A stretch of DNA of 64,000 bases, taken from assembly GCA_964016885.1 (NCBI GenBank), contig OZ024744.1, positions 94,860,001-94,924,000 on the forward strand, in the 5' to 3' direction. The notes beneath the pieces were generated by a model. The model searched no databases and was not told where the DNA came from. It saw only the letters and a list, made by a program, of their open reading frames with translations. Source of the stretch: Eledone cirrhosa. Its lineage: Eukaryota. The translations under genes and the position numbers were made by a program. How positions within the stretch are numbered: the stretch's first letter is position 1; the number at the start of each line of letters is the position of its first letter. Shown here piece after piece: positions 12,870 to 25,255 of this stretch.

Positions 12870-13640
12870 ACTTTATTTTTGAGCATGATTCATGCTGACA
12901 TTTAATAAACTCTACATATGTACATATTTCAAATTACCTGCCTTATGAACATCTGATCTACTCTACATCTGTAGAGTAGATCAGATGTTCATCAGATGTA
13001 GATCAGATCTGATCTACTCTACAGATGTACACATTTTAAATTTCTGCCCTATGAACAGGATTCATGATGACAACTAATCTGTTCTACAGATATACACATT
13101 TTAAATTACTCTTCTGAACATGATTTACACTGATATCTGATCTGTTCTACAGATGTACACACTTCAAATTACTGCCTTAAAAAGATGATTTATACCGACA
13201 TATGATCTGCTCTACAGATGTACACATTTTAAATATGAAGTCTAATGAGTATGTTTCAAGTTGACATCTGATCTGTTCTACAGATGTATTTATTTTAAAT
13301 TACCGTCTTATGAATATGATTCATACTGACATCTGATTTGTTCTACAGATGTACATACTTCAAATTACTGCCTTATGAACATGTTTCACACTGACATCTG
13401 ATCTAATCTACAGATGTATACATTTTAAATTACCCCCTTATGAGTATGTTTCACACTGACATCTGATCTAATCTACAGATGTACACACTTCAAATTACTG
13501 CCTTATGAAGATAATTTACACTGACATATGATCTATTCTACAGATGTGCGCACTTCAAATTATCTGCCTTATGAGTATGATTCACGCTGATATCTAATCT
13601 GCTCTACAGATGAAGATATTATAAGTTACCGCTTTATGAG
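12870..13640. repeat. Diverged tandem repeat of about 65 bp, about 12 copies
   Basis: Recurrent GACATCTGATCTGTTCTACAGATGTACACA..AAATTAC..CTTATGA. Confidence 0.85.
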
Positions 13641-14647
13641 CACAGAATGGCTGTGTGGTTTAAGAAGTCCACTACACAATCATGGATTCAATTGCAACAG
13701 CATGGCACATTGAGTAAGTGTCTTCTACCATAACGAGTGAAATTTCATAAATGAAAACTATATAGAATCTTGTCAGATACATCTTTCTCTCTCTTCTTCA
13801 GTACTCAAGCAGAGCTACTCACCTTTGAGATGGGTTGGGAGTAGCATCTAGCATACATATGCTCCAACAGTGTACAGACTGCATTGAGTGCAATTTATTG
13901 TGGCACCAGTACTAAAGAGGTTGTTGTGTCTTTGACACAACTGAAGAGTTTGTCTGATCCTTTGTATGGTAGGTTTTCTACAACTAGATGCCCTTCTTAT
14001 CACTACCTATTTGAGAGAGTGTACTGGGTGCATTTGTTATGTAAATCACCAACACTAGAGAAGTTGTGCCCTTAACACAATTGAAGAGTCCTCTTTTACC
14101 TGTTTCAGCCATCCGGCTGAGGCCATGCTGGGGCACCGCCCTCTCAACTCTTTTGGCACAATTTTAACAGCTGGATACTTTTTCTATCACCAGCCACTTT
14201 GTAGAGTGTACTTGGTGCATTTATCATGTAAGCAACAAAAACTAGAAAACTTGTTGTGTCCTGGACACAACTGAAGCGTCCTCTTAACCCTTTTACAGCT
14301 GGATACCCTTCCTGTCATCAAGAATATTAAATCATAAAATAGTAATTAATTGATAAAGAAAAAGGATTTTGATTATAGAAAGAGTTGTTGAAAAAAGCCC
14401 CATCAATTAGACAATTATTTTTCTTACCTTTCCTTTCACAATCATGCTACATAATTGTTTCTACTTTTGGCACAAGGCCAGCAATTATCCCAGTGCATTA
14501 CTGGTACTGCTATATAATATTGTTCTTTTACAAAGGTATAAAGTCTGAGAAAAACAGGAATTTGTTTTGTTTATGCTTTCCCCAAAAACATTTTTAGCAA
14601 CACTCATGAATTGAAATGATTGCAGGAATTTAATACTTTTATTAATG

Positions 14648-15050
14648 TAAAAGTCTGTCTTGAGCCCAGATGTTCATCAGGCCAGTGCTTATTTCAGTTT
14701 CTGTGGCATGAAGTGACTGAGAGTACAAGACTTCCCCTGGACAGGACACCAGTCTATCACAGGGTTAAAGTCTGTATTGAGCCTGGAGGCTCATCAGGCC
14801 AGTGCTTATTCCAGTTTCTGGCATGAAGCAACTGAGAGTACAAGACTCCCTGCTGGACAGGATACCAGTCCATCACAGGGTTAAACCCCAAGCTATTGCT
14901 GGTACTTATTTTTCAGCTGAGTGTACTGGAGCAATGTGAAATGAAATATTTTGCTTCAGAACAAAACACACAACCCAATCCAGGAATCAAACCCACAACA
15001 TTATGATCATAAGTCCAACACTCTTACCACTTGGCCATGCATCTCCACTG
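14648..15050 (-). mobile_element. tRNA-derived SINE with V-domain-like motif and a duplicated 3' segment
   Basis: The minus strand shows a B box and CCCTGTGATGGACTGG..CCTGTCCAG; relatives at 33172-33835 and 62668-62830. Family name is tentative. Confidence 0.55.
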
Positions 15051-15075
15051 TTTTCATAACTGTATTTCTAATTAA

Positions 15076-15295
15076 CCCTTTAATGTTCAAACCGGCCCAA
15101 ACTGGCCAGAATTCTCTACCTCTTTCTGTTGAAACTGGCTGTAACTGGTCACTCATACTTATGTTAAGGTATTGTTCTCAAAATAAATACTTTCTAAATC
15201 TCATAGATTCGATATTATGTGAGATAATTATGTGATGTAAAGCCTTTACCATGAAAATATAATAGTATATATAGAGTAATGTGAATGCTAAAGGG
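15076..15295 (-). mobile_element. piggyBac-like MITE, complete copy
   Basis: TTAA|CCCTTTAATGTT ... AATGCTAAAGGG|TTAA. Confidence 0.8.
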
Positions 15296-16357
15296 TTAAA
15301 TACCCTATATTTCAATTAATTAATAAAGAATTTTGAGACATTTACTAAAATTATTAATTATTTTTCATTACTAATACAGTAACTTAACATATGGTTCTTA
15401 TATGTTGGGATATTTTAATTTAACCATTTTGTGACTATTTCTAATGAAATACACTTAATTTTAATTAATTAAGGAAGAAGTTTGAGGGATTTACTAAAAT
15501 TATTAGTTATTTCATTACTAAGACAATAACTTAACATAGGGTTCTTATATAAAATTATGTTTGAAGATTTTGATTTAACCTCTTTTGTGAAGAGTGGTTT
15601 TGTTTCATAGAACCAGAGTCAGTTTTGAGTAATGTGTTATCAAGAGGATTGAATTATATGTATGTTTAAAAAGAAAATTATGGTTTGGTCAGAGAAAAAT
15701 ACAACACAGACAGATAGACACACACATGGGTTATCTGCAGACCAGTAGTAGACCTGGACCATATGAATGCAACACAAAATGGAATCTGTTGAAAGACAGC
15801 TAAGGTCCAGGTGATGGTGTTAAACTGAGCAATGGTTTAAGTCTACAGTCAACAGTCTACAATCATCCGATATATTCAGTCAGATATGAACCAGATGTTT
15901 ATACAATTTACATGCAGAGTCTGGATTAATATTTTTTTTTTTTCTTAACACAATCTTAACCATGGGTTAATTAAAGCACATTTAATAAATTTACAAAATC
16001 AAATTCGTTTTCTTTTTAATTTAAATTTAAAGCAGAAAAACAGCAAAAAATAAACATCAACAAAAAAAATGTCCAAACAAAATAAATAAAGCAGGAATAT
16101 ATAAAAAAAAAACAAAAGAAAAATAAATAAAACAAACAAAAACAACAACAAACAAACAAACAAACAAACAAAAACAACAATAAATCAATGAGAGAGAATA
16201 ATAATGGCATGCTTTGATTAAATCTCACACCACCTGCAAAGCTTATTTTGCTGCTGTTGTTGTTGTTGTTATTAGCTTTTTATAAAAATAAAAAAAATTA
16301 GCTTTTTATAAAAAAAAAAAAATGTCAGTAGAATGTACTTTGTTGTTATTGTTGTTG

Positions 16358-16389
<32 letters not shown>

Positions 16390-16419
16390 TGATGTCAGCC
16401 CTTGTGGCCAATAAAGAAA

Positions 16420-16466
<47 letters not shown>

Positions 16467-16617
16467 AGTATTAATATGTTTATTAATATATTCACTAAGA
16501 AAGCAATGTTAATAAATAAGCAATGCTGCACCGAAAGACCTTTTGTTTGAATTTTAAACCTTACCCGTAAGTTTCAACACTGTCCTTCAAACAAGAAAAA
16601 TAAATTAATAACAGGAT

Positions 16618-16797
16618 TAATAAAAATAAAAATAAAAATAAAAATAAAAATAAAAATAAAAATAAAAATAAAAATAAAAATAAAAATAAAAATAATAAAA
16701 ATAAAAACAAAAATAAAAATAAAAATAAAAATAAAAATAAAAATAAAAATAAAATAAAAATAAAAATAAAGATAAAAATAAAAATAGAAATAAAATA
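16618..16797. repeat. (TAAAAA)n microsatellite
   Basis: Seen directly. Confidence 0.95.
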
Positions 16798-17095
16798 ATG
16801 ATGAAGACAAACATATATAAACATGTACATATACATAAATACAGACAAACAACTGTGTCAAACATGCACAAACACAAATACACACACATATACATACATA
16901 CACACGCACGCACATATATATGCATATATATATATATATATATTTATGTTGTGGGGTTCACTAATGTGTAGAACTGGTCATTTCGTTTAGTTAATCATGA
17001 TGTAATAGTAGGAAAAGCACTCTACGTCATGCAACTTATCCATCATAGATGTTGAATCCTATGGATGGTGCAGGAACGGAGTTAAATATCTATTT

Positions 17096-17999
17096 TATTA
17101 AAACAACAGAAGGCCAGATTGGAAATATCCCTTTAAGGTTTTAATGTTGTAAAAGACACTATATATATATTTCAATGGCTTAGTTACGCAAGACCCTATT
17201 GAGATCATCAGGTGTAGATTGCATAATTAGTTAATAAATAAAAGAAATTACGGCAAACACAAACAGAGAATAGAGAACATATTTGATTTGGAGATGTCCC
17301 GCAAATTCGGTGTTATTGTTGCGGCAGACCATCTCTAGATGGTTTACTGCAACAATAACACCTGATGATGTTTCCAGGGTCTTATGTAACTAGGTCATTG
17401 AAATATATATATATATAGTTTTTTACAACATTAAAACTTTAAAGGAATATCTCCAATCCGGCTCTCTGTTGTTTTAATTAAATAAATATAAATATATTTA
17501 TATATATAAATAAATGTACACACACACACATATATAAATATTTATTAAAATAACAGATTAAAGTTTAAGCAAAGAATCGCTGCTTTCACCTTTAACGGGA
17601 TCTTCTGAAAATTGAGTTTCAGAAGATCCCGTTAAGGGTGAAAGCAGCGATTCTTTGCTTAAACTTTAATCTGTTATTTTAATAAATATTTGCTCTACGG
17701 TTCTTATATATCTGATATATATTTATCCTTATCGAGCTCTCTTTGGATTTTAGTCTTCAAATTTATTATTATTACTATATATATATATATATATATATTT
17801 ATTTATATATATAAATGTACACACGCATACACATGTATATATATATATATGTGTCTGTACATTTATTTAAATATATAAATATTTTTATATTTATTTAATT
17901 AAAACAACAGAGGGGCAGATTGGAGATATTCCTTTAAAATTTTAATGTTGTAAAAAATACTATATATATATTTCAATGACCTAGTTACATAAGACCCTG

Positions 18000-18000
<1 letters not shown>
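17096..18000. mobile_element. Cluster of Penelope-like pLTR fragments in alternating orientation (17096-17215 minus, 17359-17481 plus, 17896-18000 minus) with palindromes
   Basis: Three homologous 100-120-bp copies, two with CTGATGA...GAAA-TATATA hammerhead-like cores, set among TA microsatellites. Confidence 0.55.
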
Positions 18001-18035
<35 letters not shown>

Positions 18036-18215
18036 CATATATGAACAAAGAAGGTGTGGTAAGATACCAGAGTACTCAATACTTAGGGTAGTAGAATGGG
18101 TAATATGAAGAGTCAGGACCCAGATTGGATCTAGCTGTTGAAACGGCCAGAGCTCAGCCGTCGGGGTCATGACTTTTCAAACATACATATATGTATATAT
18201 ATATATGTATATATA

Positions 18216-18870
18216 TAAAGACGAAGTTTTCTGTATGTGTGTGTGTGGACAATTTTTAATGAGGGCTCATATATTCTAAACCATTCATGCGATTTCTTTG
18301 AAATTTTTTACAGAGCTTCTCCTTGCACAAAACCTGTACATGATCTACAAAGGCTTTCAAAAATCGATATTGGGGCCTTTGGAGACATTAAAAAAGTTTC
18401 GGTTATTTGTGTGAATTTTCGTGATTAAGTAAGACAAGAGTTATCTTACGTAATTCGGCTCATTCGGATTTTAATTTACTCTTTGTACTTGAAACAAAAG
18501 GTACGCTTCCTTGAGACTAACAATATCATTTTGTATATTTCACAACCAGCAATTTCTAACAGATTACTAAGTTAAGTTATAGATTTGACATTGTATAATT
18601 TATCGTTTCAAGCTTGATGTTCATACATTAAGTGATGTCATAACTTTTACAATATTATGCTTTGTACATAATAGTGTCTATTATTCACTTCACTTCTCTA
18701 TTTCATGATGCGCTTTTACTGTTGTCAAAAAAGACACCGAGCTCACATATTAATTATTTCGCTGGAATAGTGCCTAAGGTTTTCATGTTTACATAAAGTA
18801 CGTTTTTCTTCTATGTATTCAAATTTACTTTGTTTAGTTTAATGAGCTACATCGAAAGCTACTTGAACCG
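18216..18870 (+). mobile_element. Possible Helitron/Helentron-like non-autonomous element
   Basis: Starts TATATAAAG..TCTGTATGTGTGTGT..AAACCATTCATGCGATTT..TGAAATTTT, resembling such 5' ends; 3' terminus not confirmed. Confidence 0.3.
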
Positions 18871-19633
18871 TATATAAATATATGTACACACACACATATA
18901 CATACATATGTAAACATATATACACACACGCATATACATAAACATAGTTAAGTGTTAATTAAATGGATTTATTAGGACCATGTATAATATAAGCTCCTCT
19001 TTTTCTCATACTTGAATTTGTCTATACAATTTTATTGATTTTATTGATTTTTTAAAGCAATAATCAATTGCTTTCCCTACACTATCAAAATGCAGGCCTC
19101 CCTACCTTACTATATTTTAAATTTATTTTCCTTCTTTTATTATTCAACAGTCACTAATTTTATCTTAAACCCTATTGTATATTTATTTTTTGCATGTGTT
19201 TACATTCTACCCTTATAAAAATACTCTTTCTTTCTAATGTTTAATACCATTTTGCTACTCTTGCTTCCATGCTTCTTCCCATTTACACCCTGTTAACTTT
19301 ACTCTTTCCTATTCACTCCACTCTAATCAATATTATCTTTCTCTATACAGCTTGTATCCATTACTATAGTGATACATTTGCTTACTCTACCATTTGTCTA
19401 TATTTCTTCATCCCCCCCCCCCCCCCCCACACACTTTATTTTGTAAACCTTATCTCATTACCAACATACACCTCAATGTCTTTTTTACTTTAACCATTCT
19501 ATTCCCAGCCATTTTAGCTAGAAACCTTGCCAACTGTTTCATGTTTGATTTTAGATTTCAGAATATCAGCTTATACAGCCCATGTATTGAACAATATTTA
19601 TCAGCTGTAATATAAATAGAGTCAAGTTGTGTT

Positions 19634-19880
19634 GAAACTCAAAGCATGGCGTCCGACCCTCTGCCGATACTGCCAATCTAAAATAATTGTTTCTACTTTT
19701 TGGCACAAGGCCAGCAATTAAATCAGTGCATTACTGGTACTTTATTTTATCGACCCCGTAAGGATGAAAGGCAAAGTTGACCTCAGCGGGATTTATTTGA
19801 ACTCAGATCATAAAGGGCCATAACTCAATGCGGCAAAGCATGGCGTCAGACCCTCTACCGATACTGCCAATGCACCGCCC
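19634..19880 (-). mobile_element. Nin/Deu SINE with a short head fragment in tandem
   Basis: Same family sequence; GTTGAAACTCA/CTTGAAACTCA-like flanks. Confidence 0.75.
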
Positions 19881-19962
19881 TTGAAACTCAGAGTAATGAT
19901 GGTACAGTGGTCAATAAAGAAGTCATTATTATCCACACACACACACGTTTAAATATACATAT

Positions 19963-19999
<37 letters not shown>

Positions 20000-20128
20000 C
20001 CGTATGTCTATTTTCATATATATATATATCATCATCAGCATCATCATCTTCGTTTAACGTCCATTTTCCACGCTAGCATGGGTTAGACTGAATCCATCGC
20101 TAGCATGGGTCAAACTGAATCCATCCTG

Positions 20129-20130
<2 letters not shown>

Positions 20131-20211
<81 letters not shown>

Positions 20212-20240
20212 CATATATATATTTATATATATATATATAT

Positions 20241-20291
<51 letters not shown>

Positions 20292-20317
20292 TATATTTAT
20301 ATATATATACATATATA

Positions 20318-20369
<52 letters not shown>

Positions 20370-20462
20370 TATATTTATATATATATATATACATACATAT
20401 ATATATTTATATATATATATATATATATACATACATATATATATTTATATATACACATATAT

Positions 20463-20539
<77 letters not shown>

Positions 20540-20603
20540 TATATACATATATATATGCATATATATATACATATATACATATATAAATATATATATATAT
20601 ATA
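20131..20603. repeat. (TA)n compound microsatellite
   Basis: Seen directly. Confidence 0.95.
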
Positions 20604-21684
20604 AATCAGGAAAGAAGGTTGACATGGTTTGCTATACAAAAAAGGTTTTTAATCTCATAGCTGACAATTGTTTCTCTGAACAACACTTAGCTTTGACAGT
20701 GTTGTCCCACTCATGTATACTATTGAAGATGAAAAGAAAGACTGTAAACACTGGCTTATCTTTATAATTTAAAATTGATACACACTACGATACTCTGTAC
20801 ATGCCAAACTCTTACTTTTGCCTCATGACAGCTAGTTTTACACCCCGTAACGTTAGATACATTATACCCCCCCACCTAAGTAATGTCAGGGTCTCCTCAA
20901 ATAATTTATTAATAGCATTGTTGTAATTGTTGTTATTGTTCTAATTGAATGCCATTACTACTTCATATAGTAGCCTGTATATTCTTTTCATGCCTGTATA
21001 TTCTCTTCATTCTCGCACGCTCCGAAGAACTGACTGGTTATAATTTTGTATTGGCGATCGAGTAACGTGAAAATAAGCGAATAGCGATCTCTAGACCTAC
21101 CAGTTCAGAAAAACAATTGTCGGCTATGAGATTAAAAACCTTTTTTGTATAGCAAACCATGTCAACTTTCTTTCCTGATTTATTATTACTCCAAGTGTTT
21201 ACAACATAGGAATTACGGCATACCCGCAGCATCACTATGAAAACGCCTTGTTGAGTCAAACCAAGCCAATCGTTGATATCATCCACTACCTGGAATACCA
21301 TAACTGGACTACACCTAAGTGGACTACTTTTAACTATTATTTGTTACCCCGTACATATATCACTGGACGTGATTTATGTGTCGGCTATTCTAACTGTATC
21401 CCTTCCCTCCTTAACCTCTCACTTGTACGATGATCATCTGTCCCCAAGCTGCCTACTATTTTTTCACTTCCTCAATATATTTCTCTCCCCCATATCTCCT
21501 TCTCTCTCTATCTCGCTCTGTTGTTTTTCTTTACATACATCTCTTCATCTTCTTCTTTTTATCTTCGGTTTTCTTCGTCTTTCTTTCTCTATAACTGTCC
21601 TCAACAGTTTCACTACCAAATCAACTTTTTAAATGGAAGTTGCATTATTCTAAGGTATGTCAAAATTATTTATAAAACAGCTTA

Positions 21685-21762
21685 TATATTGTATTTTGTC
21701 TGAGGAAGGCATACCATATTTTTAATATGATATCCCAGAAATATATATAACGAAATAAATAT
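21685..21762 (+). ncRNA. Minimal type I hammerhead ribozyme motif (Penelope type)
   Basis: Stem I TATTTTGT/ACGAAATA; core CTGAGGA (21700-21706); stem II GGCATACCATATT/AATATGATATCCC; GAAA (21738-21741); palindromic stem III TATATA; predicted AUA cleavage after 21749. Confidence 0.65.
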
Positions 21763-21885
21763 GGTTTTATAAATATAGTTTCCATTTGTTTAATATCGTA
21801 AACCTACTCCAAAAACTGTTGAGTGCTTTTATATCAGTTATAAAATATTTACTCGTTGTAACCCAACAATTTTAAATAAAACTTT

Positions 21886-21993
<108 letters not shown>

Positions 21994-22297
21994 TATATAT
22001 ATACATATATATATATATAATTCAGGATGGATTCAGTTTGAAACTGGTTAGAACATTACTCAACAGAGTACTCAATACTTGGAGTAGTAGAGTATGGTTA
22101 TATTATAAAGAGTTGGGACCCCGACAGCTGAGCTCTTGCCAATTCAACTAGCTGTTAAAATGGCAAGAGCTCAGCTGCCAGGTTCCCCCCGACACATTAT
22201 AATATATATATATTATATATATACATATATATATATATGTTTATATATATATAATTATATATATATGTATATATATATATTTATATATATATATAAT

Positions 22298-22329
<32 letters not shown>

Positions 22330-22480
22330 TATATAATATACATACAATATATATATATAATATACATACTATATATATACACAAATATATACATATATAT
22401 ACATACACACACACACACACATATATATATAATTCAAATGAAAATAAAAATTCAAATACAAGTGCAAGATGTTTGCTTAC

Positions 22481-22683
22481 CTCTTGTTCACCATTTTCAA
22501 CTAATTCTTCTACAACTAATGAAGGGAAAACTCCAAATTGCCCTTCAATTTCCCCCTGCCAAAAACCATCATCAATGCCATTTTCATCTTTTCTAATTAT
22601 CCTAATATATGTACCTTCCGTAAAAGAGAGTTCATCATCTGTATTTCCCTCGTAATCATAAAGAGCTCTAGCCCAAATTTCAC
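22481..22683 (-). CDS. FCHSD2: FCHSD2/Nwk exon: complete SH3b (EIWARALYDYEGNTDDELSFTEGTYIRIIRKDENGIDDGFWQGEIEGQFGVFPSLVVEELVENGEQE)
   Basis: Acceptor ttttcttttag, donor gtaagc, 203 nt, phase 1-0; canonical SH3 translated by hand (absent from the ORF track). Confidence 0.93.
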
Positions 22684-22880
22684 CTAAAAGAAAAAAGAGG
22701 AAATAATTTAGAAATAAACAAGATTATTTATTAACACTTACAGTTATTGTAGATGGAAACCAAGCAGAAGCCCGCCATGTATCATCATCATCATCAGCAT
22801 CATCATCGTTGTTTTTACATCTACTTTTCCATTCGAGGAATGACAATGTATTACATTCTTCCTCTATATTTCTTTCTCAT

Positions 22881-25255
22881 GTATTGGATCCCTTTATGAG
22901 AGAGGATTTGCCTCTTGAAGCTTAGGCTGAAAGATAGGTCTCTGTGGGTGGTGCAAGTTGATGTACCAAACAAGGAGTCTAAATACAGATCTTTCCTTGA
23001 TGAAGTCATTGCAGCATTAAATGTAGTTAAGACTGAGTCATATATCCTGATGGGAGACTTCAATACACATGTTGGAACTGACCACCTGACATGGAAAGGA
23101 GTCATTGGAAGGAATGGTGAGTTATATATCCTGATGGGAGACTTCAATACACATGTTGGAACTGACCAGCTGACATGGAAAGGAGTCATTGGAAGGAATG
23201 GTGAGTTATATATCTTGATGATGAGACTTCAATACACATGTTGGAACTGACCAGCTGACATGGAAAGGAGTCATTGGAAGGAATGGTGAGTTATATATCT
23301 TGATGATGAGACTTCAACACACATGTTGGAACTGACCACCTGACATGGAAAGGAGTCATTGGAAGGAATGGTGAGTTATATATCTTGATGATGAGACTTC
23401 AATACACATGTTGGAACTGACCAGCTGACATGGAAAGGAGTCATTGGAAGGAATGGTGAGTTATATATCTTGATGATGAGACTTCAATACACATGTTGGA
23501 ACTGACCACCTGACATGGAAAGGAGTCATTGGAAGGAATGGTGAGTTATATATCTTGATGATGAGACTTCAATACACATGTTGGAACTGACCAGCTGACA
23601 TGGAAAGGAGTCATTGGAAGGAATGGTGAGTTATATATCTTGATGATGAGACTTCAATACACATGTTGGAACTGACCACCTGACATGGAAAGGAGTCATT
23701 GGAAGGAATGGTGAGTTATATATCTTGATGATGAGACTTCAATACACATGTTGGAACTGACCAGCTGACATGGAAAGGAGTCATTGGAAGGAATGGTGAG
23801 TTATATATCTTGATGATGAGACTTCAATACACATGTTGGAACTGACCAGCTGACATGGAAAGGAGTCATTGGAAGGAATGGTGAGTTATATATCTTGATG
23901 ATGAGACTTCAATACACATGTTGGAACTGACCACCTGACATGGAAAGGAGTCATTGGAAGGAATGGTGAGTTATATATCTTGATGATGAGACTTCAATAC
24001 ACATGTTGGAACTGACCAGCTGACATGGAAAGGAGTCATTGGAAGGAATGGTGAGTTATATATCTTGATGATGAGACTTCAATACACATGTTGGAACTGA
24101 CCACCTGACATGGAAAGGAGTCATTGGAAGGAATGGTGAGTTATATATCTTGATGATGAGACTTCAATACACATGTTGGAACTGACCAGCTGACATGGAA
24201 AGGAGTCATTGGAAGGAATGGTGAGTTATATATCTTGATGATGAGACTTCAATACACATGTTGGAACTGACCAGCTGACATGGAAAGGAGTCATTGGAAG
24301 GAATGGTGAGTTATATATCTTGATGATGAGACTTCAATACACATGTTGGAACTGACCAGCTGACATGGAAAGGAGTCATTGGAAGGAATGGTGAGTTATA
24401 TATCTTGATGATGAGACTTCAATACACATGTTGGAACTGACCACCTGACATGGAAAGGAGTCATTGGAAGGAATGGTGAGTTATATATCTTGATGATGAG
24501 ACTTCAATACACATGTTGGAACTGACCAGCTGACATGGAAAGGAGTCATTGGAAGGAATGGTGAGTTATATATCTTGATGATGAGACTTCAATACACATG
24601 TTGGAACTGACCACCTGACATGGAAAGGAGTCATTGGAAGGAATGGTGAGTTATATATCTTGATGATGAGACTTCAATACACATGTTGGAACTGACCAGC
24701 TGACATGGAAAGGAGTCATTGGAAGGAATGGTGAGTTATATATCTTGATGATGAGACTTCAATACACATGTTGGAACTGACCAGCTGACATGGAAAGGAG
24801 TCATTGGAAGGAATGGTGAGTTATATATCTTGATGATGAGACTTCAATACACATGTTGGAACTGACCACCTGACATGGAAAGGAGTCATTGGAAGGAATG
24901 GTGAGTTATATATCTTGATGATGAGACTTCAATACACATGTTGGAACTGACCAGCTGACATGGAAAGGAGTCATTGGAAGGAATGGTGAGTTATATATCT
25001 TGATGATGAGACTTCAATACACATGTTGGAACTGACCACCTGACATGGAAAGGAGTCATTGGAAGGAATGGTGAGTTATATATCTTGATGATGAGACTTC
25101 AATACACATGTTGGAACTGACCACCTGACATGGAAAGGAGTCATTGGAAGGAATGGTGAGTTATATATCTTGATGATGAGACTTCAATACACATGTTGGA
25201 ACTGACCAGCTGACATGGAAAGGAGTCATTGGAAGGAATGGTATCCCCAATCTAA
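22881..25255 (+). mobile_element. RTE-clade LINE APE-endonuclease fragment containing a tandem array
   Basis: LKLRLKDRSLWVVQVDVPNKESKYRSFLDEV..ILMGDFNTHVGTD..WKGVIGRNG, resuming with IPNL after the array. Confidence 0.85.
23035..25242. repeat. Tandem array of 2 x 84 bp plus 24 x 85 bp, near-identical
   Basis: The unit encodes the GDFN motif; units differ mainly at one C/G site (CCACCTG/CCAGCTG). Confidence 0.95.

Noticed and set aside
15912-15920. 9-nt microexon candidate (ccag|ACTCTGCAT|gtaaat)
   Set aside because: A-rich acceptor region and weak donor; expected by chance.
16229-16233. 5-nt microexon candidate (ttgcag|GTGGT|gtgaga)
   Set aside because: No polypyrimidine tract, and it is not frame-compatible alone or with the other candidates.
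17620-17655. Active hammerhead inside the long palindrome
   Set aside because: The core reads CAGAAGA in both arms and there is no clear stem III/NUH; kept only as a palindrome finding.
23035-25242. CRISPR-like regular array
   Set aside because: No unique spacers and no cas genes; the unit is a piece of LINE endonuclease.
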